This document shows, one piece after another, positions 41,793-54,971 of a DNA stretch of 64,000 bases. The translations under genes and the position numbers were made by a program. Under the pieces are notes generated by a model. The model saw nothing but the letters and a program-made list of their open reading frames with translations. It was not told the DNA's origin and did not search any database. Source of the stretch: Octopus vulgaris (Eukaryota); assembly GCA_951406725.2 (NCBI GenBank), contig OX597822.1:53444001-53508000 (forward strand), in the 5' to 3' direction. How positions within the stretch are numbered: position 1 is the stretch's first letter; every line of letters starts with the position of its first letter.

Positions 41793-42200
41793 TCTCTTTC
41801 TCTTTCTTTTCTCTTTTACTTGTTTCACTCATTTGACTGCGGCCATGCTGGAGCACCGCCTTTAGTCGAGCAAATCGACCCCGGGACTTATTCTTTGTAA
41901 GCCCAGTACTTATTCTATCGGTCTCTTTTGCCGAACCGCTAAGTGACGGGGACGTAAACACACCAGCATCGGTTGTCAAGCAATGCTAGGGGGACAAACA
42001 CAGACACACAAACATATACACACACACTTATATATATATATATACATATATACGACAGGCTTCTTTCAGTTTCAGTCTACCAAATCCACTCACAAGGCAT
42101 TGGTCGGCCCGGGGCTATAGCAGAAGACACTTGCCCAAGGTGCCACGCAGTGGGACTGAACCCGGAACCATGTGGTTGGTTAGCAAGCTACTTACCACAC
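41793..42200 (-). mobile_element. SINE family B, young copy
   Basis: CpG-rich, close to consensus, with a tail of AAAGAG-like repeats. Confidence 0.9.
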
Positions 42201-42485
42201 CGGTACATATATTCAACCAAACAATTATAGATGCTGACAAAAGACATGGGCCACAACGCAAAATACAAGCCCAGTTACATATGAAATAGCTAAGTTAATA
42301 AAAGCCAAAGCGAACTAAGGTTGTTCGCACACCACACTCATAAATCATGCATAGAATGACTCAAAACTACTGAAACCGAAAAACCTTCTTGAACATGCAA
42401 TGAGCGCAGTGTAATTGCTGCAGCCGTCCCTAATTTTCATAGCCCCTGTTATTACATGAAACATTATCTCCAAACACCTTGTTTT

Positions 42486-42898
42486 TATCTTTTATCTTTT
42501 ACTTGTTGCAATCATTAGGCTGCGGTCATGATGGAGTACCGCCTTGAAGAATTTTTAGTCGACAGTGTCAACCCCAGTACTTATTTTTATAAGCCTGATA
42601 CTTATTCTGTCGATATCTTTTGCCGAACTGCTTAGCTACGGGGACGTAAACACACTAGCACCGGTTGTCAAGCGGTGGTGGCGGGGAGGGGGGGCGAATC
42701 CAACCACAAACACGCATATTTATATACATATATACGATGGGCTTTTTTCAGTTTCCATCTACCAAATCCACTCACAAGTTTTTGGTCGGCCCGAGGCTAA
42801 AGTAGAAGACACTTGCCCAAGGTGCCATACAGTGGGACTGAGTCCGGAACCATGTGGTTGAGAAGCAAGATTCTTACCACACAGCCACGTCTGCGCCT
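42486..42898 (-). mobile_element. SINE family B
   Basis: Full-length reverse copy. Confidence 0.88.
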
Positions 42899-43204
42899 AT
42901 ATATATTTACAACACACCGACCGGATCACTACTTTTACACCTTAAAACCGCAACTCCAAATTCACCGAAACAACGACAGAAATAGTGACATTGGTCCTAT
43001 ACACTGAACACTCTAAAATAATTACGGATGAGGAGCAACATATTGTGTTTTGACCGATTCCATCTTACTCACATCCGTTATGGCTACCACCAGAATTTAC
43101 TACTGATGTATACGAATAGGCAGCATCGATTGTTCGATACGGTGCTAGCTGGAGACGTTGGTGCATAGGTCACTCTCATCAATCGTACTGGCTGTCTAAG
43201 TGTA

Positions 43205-43274
43205 TTGACCGTTACCATCATCGTCCACTTAGTCACCATCATAACCAACCTTTTCTTCCTTTTGATGATGACGA

Positions 43275-43306
<32 letters not shown>

Positions 43307-43670
43307 ATCATCATCATCATCATCATCACCATCAATATCATCTCCGTCATCTTCATTTTCATCATCATCATCATCATCATAATCCACCTCCTCTTTCGCT
43401 TCTTCTGTCTCTCCGTTCTCACCTGATCGTCAGCATTTCCATTATCTTCATTGCCATCATCTTCATCACAATCATATCCCACCCCATCTCCCTCCCTCCT
43501 CTTTCTTCTCTCCAGATCATCATCATCATCATCGTCATCATCGCAGCCATCACCTTTATTGCTATCATTATCCTCATCACTCATAACAAAACTCATTATT
43601 TTCTTCATCATGATCATCATCATCATCATCATTGCTATCATGATCATCATCATCGTCATCATCATTATAT
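43205..43670. repeat. Degenerate (CAT)n/(GAT)n low-complexity tract
   Basis: Direct reading. A comparable (GGT)n-rich tract lies at about 47650-48205. Confidence 0.85.
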
Positions 43671-44363
43671 TGATGTTCTGTGGACGAGGCACAAGGAGAC
43701 CTGTAGTTAATTGCTACTTATTTTATCGATAGCTGCTGGGATATGAGGTAAAGACGACGCCGGACTCGGCATATAGAGTAATGGAGATAATAGAAATAAT
43801 AAGAAAAACCGTAAGACATCTACTTCGACTGAGCTCTCCAGAGTTTTATCCTCATTGATATATTGATTATTCATGGAAGTATGAAAGTATAAAGAAAATC
43901 TTTCTCGAAGGTATACACACAATTTCTCGCAGTTTTCTTTGTTTTGCATATAATCATCTCCATTTTTTTTTCTTCTACCGTGCAATCGAAATATCGTGGA
44001 TACACAGAATTCCATTATGCCGAATAATATTATTTAACGTAATTGTTTCCTTTCACTTATTATATTTATTTAATTTATAGCCTAATTGGTGAAGAATAAC
44101 GTCGTTTTGATTTAGGAATAATGGAAGGAGGAGGTCAATAGTGCACTGCAATTGTAATGGTGAACGCGACAAGGGATTTTTCTGTAAACTGTTGCAAAGC
44201 AAACATCACATGAGACTTCCTTCAAAAAGCAGTGATTTTAGGGGAGAACTGCAGTCCTGTCGCCGATGTTTACTATCGTTCACCACTATAAATCGGTATA
44301 AATCATGCACACACAACGTTCATAAACATATATTATATATATATATATATAAATATGTATATA

Positions 44364-44408
<45 letters not shown>

Positions 44409-44509
44409 ATACGTGTACACACACATGTATGTATGTATAAATATATATACATACACGCACACATACGCGCGCACACACACACAAACACGCACGCACACAC
44501 ACAAATAAG

Positions 44510-45229
44510 TTTTTTGGTAGAAGATAAAAATTTCAGTTATCAGTACTTTACATTCGAAAACGAAATCGTGCTTACAGAGATCATAAGACTTGGATGAGAT
44601 ACATGATTATATCAAAAATTCAAATAATTAAAAATAATAAATAATAATAAAAGACAATAAAAATATAATAAAAATAATAAGATATAAAATGTAAATGAAG
44701 TCTGGACGTAAACCTTGGATGATCCTGTATCAATTTCGCCAGTTAAATTTTTAATCATTCGACGTCTACCTACCAATAGGAATTCATTATGTAGAATTTT
44801 AACTGAATCATACCACAAACCGTGAACCCTGAAGAAAGAAATATTAGTCGATGGAGTTGAATATGGACTGTTCCTAAAGCCTCTTAATATTTTCTGAAAC
44901 GGCCGTAGATTTTTAACTGATTTTTACTTTTAAAAGGTTTTTAACTGACTTTTACCTTCATGATATCTCGTATTACTGACTCTTTTTATTCTCCCTCGAA
45001 TACATGTATTTACACACATACATGGTTTTCATGTTCTTATCTCTTACTTCATTTAGCATTTTATATCTTGTTATTTTTATTATATTTTTTATTATCTTTT
45101 ATTATTTTTAATTATTTGAATTTTTAATATAAACATGTATCCCACCCAAGTCTTATAAATCACTGTAAGCACGATTTCGCTTTCGGATGTAAAGTACTGA
45201 TGACTGAAATGTTTATCTTCTACAAAAAA
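44510..45229. mobile_element. ~190-bp inverted repeats enclosing an HHR (inverted PLE-tail architecture)
   Basis: 44510-44701 matches the reverse complement of 45046-45229. HHR at 44825-44911 on plus: CTGAAGA-AAGAAATATTA..TAATATTTTCT-GAAAC-GGCC-GTA. Confidence 0.75.
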
Positions 45230-45315
45230 TATTTTTTATTACTCTTTAGCTCATAAACAAACACAAAAAAATTGGTGTACTATACACTGAGTATTGCCTC
45301 CATTAAAAATTCTCT

Positions 45316-45376
<61 letters not shown>

Positions 45377-45422
45377 CATACATTCATATATACATACATA
45401 CATTCATATATACATACATACA

Positions 45423-45468
<46 letters not shown>

Positions 45469-45612
45469 AATATATACACACATATATATACATATATATA
45501 CACACACATATATACTTATATATAAATCTATGTGTGTTTTTTCAATGTTTACAAATAACACGGGAAAATAAATAAATAGAGTTAAACGCAGGTGTTATTT
45601 AAATCTTTTTAC

Positions 45613-45699
45613 TTCCGACATATGTTTCGAACAAAACATTGGTATTATTCCAGAAGGAATAAAATGGAAGTAAAACAATGCAATCTTCTCATCAGGGAA
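45613..45699 (-). ncRNA. Canonical type-I hammerhead ribozyme
   Basis: TTCC-CTGATGA-GAA..CATTG..CAATG..TTC-GAAAC-ATAT-GTC-GGAA: intact core, GUC triplet, palindromic stem III. It sits in a ~470-bp segment (about 45526-45996) bounded by TA runs. Confidence 0.85.
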
Positions 45700-48358
45700 A
45701 GAAAGAAACCAAACACAACAATAGGACATTTTAACAGAATGTGATGACTGCGTATACGATGAAGGGAAAACTAGCAATTTTTCTTTAAAAACTGTTAGTA
45801 GATACAACTTCAAGGTAATTTAAAGAAAGAGAAAGAGGAGAAAGAAAGAAATTGGCGGAAAACTAATAGCGGAGAGATATAGAGTCGTGGAAGTAGATAT
45901 ATTTAGTGGAAGTGAAATGTCAAAGGTCGAATTTTATAGAATGGTAGAAATCACTTATAGAAACTAAAGGTATCTTTCAGCCAATGTTTGCAACGATATA
46001 TATATATATACAATTCTTGGGTATCGCTTTAGACTGAATCTGTAGTGGAACCCTGGTTCGGGAGTTCTAGGGTTTAAAGGGGAGATGAACAACTGCTTAG
46101 ATGCTATTGTTCCATGGTTTACTGTGACCCGAGGTAGTAGCATCAGTCAGGGTCCACCTTAGGCTAATTAGCATGTCACTGAAATAACCAACGGAAGAAG
46201 GTCATTCACACTCACCCACAACGGACCCGAAGTAGATGAAGCCCTTCAGCTCTTTAGTTCTTCATTCAAGAGAAGGTAACTAAATACAAATCATGCATAC
46301 TGGATATATTTCGTTGTCTGTCTATAAACAAACGCTGAAGCGTTGAGTGGGTGACATATTGTAAAAATTAACCCCATTACAATGTTTTTTTTTTTATCAT
46401 GCAACTAAGCTGTACTGACGGTAATCATCTTGGTCGAGATCAGCAATTAGCGCACGACAACGGTTCAAAACATGCACTGTTTATTTAAGTAAACTGTCAT
46501 CGCTGCGAGGACTGTAAATTCAACGAAACTGGCGCAGCTGGATGCAACTTCAAATTCTGTAAGGGACCAGAAGTATTTGCTGAACGCGTATGAATTTGAT
46601 AGACATTCATAGCGGAAATGGTAGTGTAACCGCCAAAACTGCTGCTTTTATAATATTATGGTGATGAAGTCTCGAACTGGGTTGGAAATACTTACATGAA
46701 GAGTCTAACAAACCTATCAGATGCCTTGAAATTTGCACGGTGACCTCTATTATCAATTCCGTGAGTGATAGCGGTCATTTATATCAATCGGTTCACAAAC
46801 AGGTACAAAGTCGCAGCAGATAGGGCTGCTTATATTTTCGTCATCTGATTCAAAGCGAGTACACAGCGGACGTAAATTTACTTCAACTGATGTTATAGGG
46901 TTAAGAAAATTTCGATCGCAGGAAAAAATCGAGTAAAAATACCCCTATAGACGGAAAAAAAGTTTTCGATTATTTGTAGCGGCTGCTTGCCTCCTTTTTT
47001 CGTGTATAAAGGTATTTGTAGCCAATTTTCTAAAGATGTTTTCATATCAATTCTCCTACATTCAAAATTTTCTTAATTTCTAAAGTTGTCTATTTTTAGC
47101 TCGATTTAAACTGTATTTGATGCAGTGCCTTTTTTTCATCCTCCGAGGCCGATTAACATGAATATCAGAAAACTTACTGATGTTGTTGCAATTGACAATA
47201 CGATACGTCTCTCCTTAAATGTAGCTCTCACATCTACAAATGTTGCTATTTCTTTGGAGTTTTATTCATATCTTTTCCGGTGCTCTTGTTGGTTTGGTTT
47301 TGCTTATTATTTTTTTCTTATTCCCATTCTTGCTACAACATATCATATTGATAATTCATATTCTCTTTTAAGTATCATCATTTGATGTTATGATCAGGCT
47401 TCTATTTAGAATGTTTAGCTGCATTCCATGTTCAGAATCATAATATAATTTCTTATCTTTCAAAATGGCTTCCTCTCCAATTTAAATACATATTACGTCG
47501 AGTGTCTTTCCTCCAACAGCGTCTTTTGCATTGCTTCTTACAATTGCTATAAATTGCCAGCACTTAATGCTAAGCTTCACTTTGTTTTATTAGAATAACT
47601 AATTCATATTAGTTCAGTTTCATTTATTGTCATTGTATGAGGCTGTAGCGGCTGACTGTGATGGGGGGGGGGGCTGCAGTAATGGTTGCGGTGGTGGGTA
47701 TACCTGTTACGGTAGTATTGCACGTCAGTGTAATGATGGCTATTGTTGTGGCGATGATGGGGGAGGGGGAGGAGGATGAAGGAGGAGGAGAAGGCGGAGA
47801 AAGAGGAGAATGAAGAGAAAGAGTAAGTAGTGGTATGCTGCTTGTGGTCGTGGTGCTGGTTCTGGTGATGATGGTAATGGTTATGGTGGTGGTGGTGGTA
47901 GTGGCGGTGGCTGTGGCTTTATGGTAATGCTTGTAATGGTGGAGGAGGAGGTTTTGATTGTAGTGGTGGTCATGGTGGTAACGGAGGAAGTGATGGGGGA
48001 AAGATAGTGGTGGAGGTAGTGGTACTGGTACTGGTGGTCGTGGTACTGGAGGTAATGTTGATGGCCCCGGTGATGGTGGTGGCTGTGGTTTATGATTATG
48101 GTGGTAATGGTTCTAGTAGTAACCATTGTGGCGGTGGTAGTGGTGGTGGTGGTGGTGGTGGTGGGTGTTGTTATGACAGTTGTGGTGAGGGTGTTGGTGG
48201 TGTTAAGAGAGATGTGGGTCGGTGTAGACTAACTAATGAGTTCACTGACCTCCAAGATGTCGACGAGGGTTCAAGATCTCAAACTGAAACAAATTCACTT
48301 CTCTTGTATCTCTCATACACTAGGCAAATAGACATGATGTGAGTGTACTCTGTGTGAG

Positions 48359-48395
<37 letters not shown>

Positions 48396-49249
48396 AGGGA
48401 GGAAGAGAGGAAGAGAGCGAGACAGAGAAAGTGGAAAAGAGAGAGGAAATGAAGTGATAGACAGATAGACAGACAGACAGGTAAACTGACAGACGGCGTG
48501 CTAGCTAGCTGGAAAGATATAGATATATATATATGTGTGTGTGTGTGTGTGAGTGTGTTTCAAAAAGAAAATAGAAACTGCACGTGTAAAAGATATGGGG
48601 GAAAGTAAGAAGAAAAATGCGAAAATGCACATTGAATATAAAAAAATAAAGGCTTTTTTATGAAAAGTAGCGATAAATAAATGCAATTAGATGAACTGAG
48701 GTAGAACTAAGAGGAATAAAATTCATTATTTTGAATTGTTAAAGAGATTCAAAGTCAAACCGGTATTGTCATTGTTGTTCACTGGCTTTGAATGCGTACC
48801 GATTATCAAACGGTGTCGAGTCTACTAGTCACTGAGTAAAAAGACTGTGTAAGGGAGGTAAGTAGTTCTGGATGTGGTGCAATTAGGGTCTATATAATAC
48901 TGTAATATGAATGGTGTAAAAAATATATGGGTGTTAGTGGCATTATTGGTAAGGTTAGTAGTGTTCTGTATAATGTCGTGTTCATGGTTAAGTTGTGGAT
49001 GATATTTATTGATGGAAGTTGCTTCGTTATTCATTCTTTGCTGTACTGAGGTGTTCTATGAATATTGATCGAAGGGGAAAATTAGGAAATTAGGATTAAG
49101 GTTCCTAGCACACATATATACGCGTTCACTGACAGAGAGACAGAGAGAGTGAAATAGAGAGAGAGAAAAGCAATAGAGAGATAGACAGGCAGACACACAG
49201 ATAGATACATAGAAAGACAAACAGGCAGACGCCGAGCTAGCTAGCTCAC

Positions 49250-49445
49250 CATGCTTGATCGCTAAATCCACAAGTTTTTCTTATCTCTCTCTCTCTTACT
49301 CTGTTTATTTTATTTTGTTCCCTTCTGTTGAGGAGCGTGCGCTCGAAGCGTAAAAGATTTCCTCACTTTCCTGAGTGTCAAAATAGAACACCTACTTGTT
49401 GTTCATGCACCCGTCTTCGTCTTTTGTTTTTCTGTAAATTTCAAC
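49250..49445 (+). mobile_element. HHR-bearing short element ending in (TA)n
   Basis: CTGTTGA-GGAGCGTGCGCTC-GAAGC-GTA-AAAG at 49325-49356; the tail is homologous to 61140-61234 and 36735-36832. Confidence 0.65.
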
Positions 49446-49517
<72 letters not shown>

Positions 49518-49819
49518 GAGGAGACAGAGAGAGAGACAGAGAGAGACAGACAGACAGACAGACAGAGATAGATAGATAGATAAGAAGCCATCCTCTATTA
49601 TAAAGACAGCAATAAAATAGAATATTATCAACAACAGCTGATATATATCAAGTATGGATGTCGTAGCTGTATAGAAGTGGCTGTTGATCAGGATTGTATC
49701 GATAGAATCATCACCAGTAAGTTGCTCGTAATTTTAATAAGGATTTCTCCTTTTCAAACATGTCGAACGTTTAAACTGACAGATACTGCGATAATGCACT
49801 AACCGATAAAGAATTAATC

Positions 49820-50028
49820 TTTTCTATTCTAGATAGAAGGCTTAATTTTTTTTATTGGGGACGCAATCGATTAGATCGTCCCCAGTACACAACTGGAACT
49901 TAATTTATCCACCCCGAAAGGATGAAAGGCAAAGTCGACCTCGGCGGAATTTGAACTCAGAACGTAACAGACGAAATACCGCTAAGCACTTCGCCTAGCA
50001 TGCTAACGTTTCTGCCAGCTCGCCGCCC
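49820..50028 (-). mobile_element. SINE family A
   Basis: Reverse copy. Further minus copies at about 50690-50970, 51255-51470 and 55875-56050. Confidence 0.85.
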
Positions 50029-50116
50029 TCCGATAAAGAAATAATAATAAAAGATTTATATAACAGACTGAAATGTTAGCAATTCATAACTAGAATTTAT
50101 AATTATACAATACAAC

Positions 50117-50473
50117 GTGAAGGCGCATATCTCAGTGGTTAGAGCGTCGGGCTCACAATCGTAAGGGAGTGAGTTCAATTCCCGGACCGGGAATCGAACT
50201 CACTGCGTGCTGTGCTCTCGTTTTGAGCAAGACACTTTATTTCACGATACTCCATCTCACTCGGCTGTAGAAATGAGTTACGACGTCACTGGTAGCAAGC
50301 TATTTCGGCGTTTGCCATTCCCTTGGATAACATTAGTAGCATGGATAGAGGAGACTGATATGCATGAACGACTGCTGGTCTTCCATAAACCATCTTGCTC
50401 GGACTTGTGCCAAGGAGAGGAACTTTCTGGTGTAATCCCATGGTTATCTATGACAAGAGTGGGGTCTTTACTT
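50117..50473 (+). mobile_element. tRNA-derived CORE-like SINE family D
   Basis: Head CTCAGTGGTTAGAGC and GAGTTCAATTCC; CORE-like TTGAGCAAGACACTTTA..GCTGTAGAAATGAG. Confidence 0.8.
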
Positions 50474-53400
50474 TATAACACATCAAAATAATCATTTCTG
50501 CTATAGTGGACAAGCCTGTGGCATATAAGTAACTGAGACCACAGCATTCTCTTTGAACGCCCGTCGCAGGTTTATGCCTTTACTGCTGAATGGAGTAGGG
50601 CAACGGGAAATAAGGTGTTTGGTTCAAAACCACAACGCCCCTCCCGGTGCACCATCTTGCGATCGTAACATCTACCTACTAGGTCACACACCTTAGAACT
50701 TAAAGAGCGGGAAGAAATGCCGCTATGCATTTTGTTCGACGCCCTAACGATTCCGCCAGCTCACTGCCTATAATAATGGTTTCAAATTTTGGGTCTAGGC
50801 CAGCAAATTTGGGCGGGGGTTGGGGTAAGTCGATTACATCGATCCCAGTGCTCCGAAAGGATGAAAGGCAAAGTCGACCTCGGTGGCATTTGAACTCAGA
50901 AACGTAATGTCGGTAGAAATGTCGTTAAACATTTTACTGGACGCTCTAATGCTTTAGCTCGCTCGCCGCCTATAGTACTGTAATGTAATTAGATTACAAT
51001 TAAACAATGGAGTGGGCGATGAAAATATAAGCTTAATTGTTAGCAATTTATAACTGGTTTTTATATTATAACAATATAATACAATAATGTAATAAAATAA
51101 GATGATAATATAATACAATAATAATTATAATAATAATAATACGATAGTAATTCAATACTACAATATTATAATATAAATAAAGAAGAAGATGAATGAAACA
51201 GACTTAATTGTTAGCAATTTATAACTGTTATTAATAGAACAGTTATAATAGAATGGCTTAAAATTTTGACACAAGACCAGTAGTTTTAGAGGAGAAGAAT
51301 CGATTACATCGACTTCATTACTTGATTGGTACTTTATTTTGATCGACTCCGAAAGGAGGAAAGGAAAAGTTGACCTCGGCATAATTTGAACTCAGAGCGT
51401 AAAGAATCCGAAGAAATGCCGTTAAGCATTTTGTCCGATGTGTAATGCTTTAGACAGCTCGCCAGCTTAAAAAAAATTTGTAATAAAAGAAATTTAATAA
51501 ACGAATCTAAGTTAAAGTTTTCGACCATAAGAGTTCAGTTGTTCGACCAACTAAACTACCTGTTCCTTGGATTATCCTACAACTGGCTGAGTATTTCACA
51601 GATACAAATACCCTTATTTAACATCGAATTACTGGTACAATCCATCCGACAGGCTTCCACACAGTTTCCGTTTAACCAGTTTTATTCGTGAGCTATAGAA
51701 GATGCTATAGAAAATGTCACACTTTACATCGTATAGAGAGGAGGATGAGAGTAAAAGAGAAATACAAGGAGAGTTAAGAGGTGCAGATGAGTGTCTGGTA
51801 ACTTTCTGAAATAGATACAGTTTTTAAAATAAAATTCTGCAGTGATGTTTCCGATAGAATAGATTGCAATCACGCTGATAAAACATAGGAAAATAATAAC
51901 ATATACTTGTTGTAAATATACAAATGAGAACTTTAAAGTAATAAATATTTTTCTTTTGAAATTTAATATCTTTTTTATCATTTTCTATAGCACCAAAAAT
52001 AATAATTATAATCATTTTGTATAGCACCAAGACATTTCATAAAATTTAAATTATAATTATTGTGTATCGACTTTGCCTTTCATCCTTTCGGTGTCGATAA
52101 ATTAAGTACTAGTTTCGAGCTGGTGTCGATCTAATCGACTGGCCCCCTCCCCAAAAATTTCTGGCCTTGTGCCTAGAGTAGAAAAGAATATGACTGGTAC
52201 TTTATTGTGACTGGAAGAACAAGAGGCAAAGTTAATTTGGGTTGGGGGCGGGAGTTGAACTGGGAATATAGAAGTCCAAAGCAAATATTATGAAGCATTT
52301 AGATCAGCACTGAACAAGTCATATATCTGCTACACCAAAGCTTTCTGAGTTCAAATCCCGCTGAGGCTAACTGTAAACTTCCATCCTTCAGGGGGCGATA
52401 AAAAGGAAGTACCACTCAAGGAGTGCAGTCGATTTATTCGACTAGATATTTTCCCTCACTTTGTAGTTTCATGTTTTTGTTAGAAACGGTTATTATAATT
52501 AATATTTTAAAAAGAAATAAAAACAGACGAATTAATTATCTGATATTGCGACAATTATTTCGTTTATGAATTTTTATTGTGACGTAAACATAGTGTAGTT
52601 AGATATGCAGTATGTATAGCATCCTTAAGATTACGTAATATATTATGCAACTCTCAACTCATCGGGCCAACCACATAAACAAGGGAGTAGTGCGCGTGAA
52701 AGAATGTAAAATGTGTGGGATTAAATAATATATAATATTGTAGTTTTATTATTAGTTACCTTAACTATAGTTATGATATTCACGAACATAAACATGCCTC
52801 AAACCTTGATTTTTAAAACTACTGGGTAAAATAGAGAAAAAGAAACTCATATTTTAAACGGATGTTGATGTGGTGCTAGGGCAGTTAGGCAGATGGTAAT
52901 GATGTAGTTATGTGGCTAATGTTTTATTATTAGATGAGATTATGGTTTGGACCGGTGTTCACCATGCGTTTACTGTGAAAATGTTTATAAAAAATGGTGA
53001 ATCTGGGATGGGTTTTCCTACACCCTATATCACATACGAATTAAAGGGGTATCACTGCGCTTTCATCCGACCTGCAAGAAATACTAGTAACCATATCTCC
53101 CTTGAATCACATTCTGTCGTCCATAACAGAAAGAAAAGATGGAGTACATTGAATGTTGTAATACCAACAGTCACAATATGGCTAAAACGAAACGTATTGA
53201 TGACAGACCTATTCAGTTAGGACTGACCTGTGTATAAACAATAACAACAGCACCTTTCCTTTAGACACCAATGTAGACACAATTTGTAGAATATAAAGCA
53301 AAGAATCACTTTGCTCCTACACTCAAATATAAAGGTCATCTTATTCTATAAATATTTCAGCCTCCGTTTTCCAAACATACCACAGCAGCAATCCCGCGAG

Positions 53401-54905
53401 ACCAATTATATTTCTGCTGTAAGTGCCGAGGTTGTTAATTAATGCTGTTACGATAATTTATTATTAATAACCATCTCTCTCGTGCAATGAAGATAATTAA
53501 ATAATAATTTACTTTCAGTTAAGTAGCCCCCATGTTATTCCCATCTCAGTTAATTAAGATAATATCGTTCTGCATCACATTACCTTCTGGAGTCCAGGTT
53601 TTCTATTCCGAGTAGTGTCTAGCAAAAGGCAACATCAAATGATCTTGTACTGAAACGCGCCAGCCAACGAATAAATTTGTCTCCAGTGTTCTGTCATGAT
53701 ATTCAATTTTCTTTCAAAGCTGATCTTCATAGATCAATAGGTCAGTAATCTACGCATAAATCCTTCATAAAAGGAATGTTAGTTTATCGATACCATATTT
53801 TAGTATGGCAGTAGTGAAACCCATGCAAGAAAATCAAGTGTTCGTTATAAACTCTCTGATCTTCAACCTAGAAAATTTATATCTGTCAGGCAAGTTACAA
53901 CCGAACTTTAATTTGTACAGTTTATTTATTGCATTGTGAAGTATTTCATTAAATCTACAATTTCACCATTTAAAAGAGAATCAAAGACAATATTTCTTCT
54001 GAGTTCTTTATTCAAAGATTTTTTATCGTTTAATTTAAATTGCTAATTTGTAAATCGGAGATACGGTGAATAAATGTGAAAGAGAAAAATATTAAATAAA
54101 CGATGTCAGCCGATAAGGAATGTCCCAGACATATAAAGTAAAATAGCAACAAACGCACAATTACCTTCAGTTGAAAAAATGTATATAAATTATTGGGCAA
54201 TGCAAATGTGGTTTTAATTGACCAAAATGGCGGAAATACATGTCAGACGACGAAGATATGCTGGCTGTAAAATTGAAAACTTCAATATATTTTGATTTGT
54301 GAAAATATACAATATGAAAGCTATCGAGAAATATCAAAGAAAAAGAATGAAAAACAGACAACAAAGTCGGCAGAATTGTCAGTTGTTAAATTCATTGATG
54401 AAACCAAGATAAAAGTTATTTGTTGATTTAGCAAATTAAATTGAAAATATACTTTATATTTAGTTGTAAAGTGTTTTTGTGAAGTAGTGTTAGAGTAATA
54501 CGGCCAAGTTTCCATCAGGATTTAAAGATAATCTTACTAGAACTAACCATAGAAATTAAATATATTCCGATATTTATAGCTAACCTTATCACAGCTTCCT
54601 AGTTAAATTCCACTAAATATATTCCGATACAGAATATATCGAATTAGAAAATATGTTAACTTTATAGCTGAAGGAAATCTAGTATCCCTAATAGAAAAGA
54701 AGCGGTTATGGCCATTAAGAAATTTCTTAAATATAAATACTTCAGATTTAAATGGCAGAGGAACTACTTTCCCAATACCATCCACAACGGCAGGGAAGGA
54801 ATAAAATTGCTTCAAATTAGAAATCAATAAACTCAGCAACTTGTGAGATTTCAAGTCACCTCACTATGTGTACGCCTGTTTAAGTTCATATATATTGTGA
54901 CTCAT

Positions 54906-54971
54906 ACAATCGAATCCTTGACGCAGTCTGAACTGACCGGTCAATTCAGACTGCGTCAAGGATTCGATTGT
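54906..54971. repeat. 66-bp spacerless palindrome with one mismatch
   Basis: ACAATCGAATCCTTGACGCAGTCTGAACTGACC|GGTCAATTCAGACTGCGTCAAGGATTCGATTGT. Confidence 0.95.

Noticed and set aside
41460-41900. 146-aa ORF
   Set aside because: No recognisable domain; it includes a short tandem duplication and runs into a SINE B tail.
43084-43692. 202-aa Met/Asp-rich ORF
   Set aside because: It is a read-through of degenerate (CAT)n repeats.
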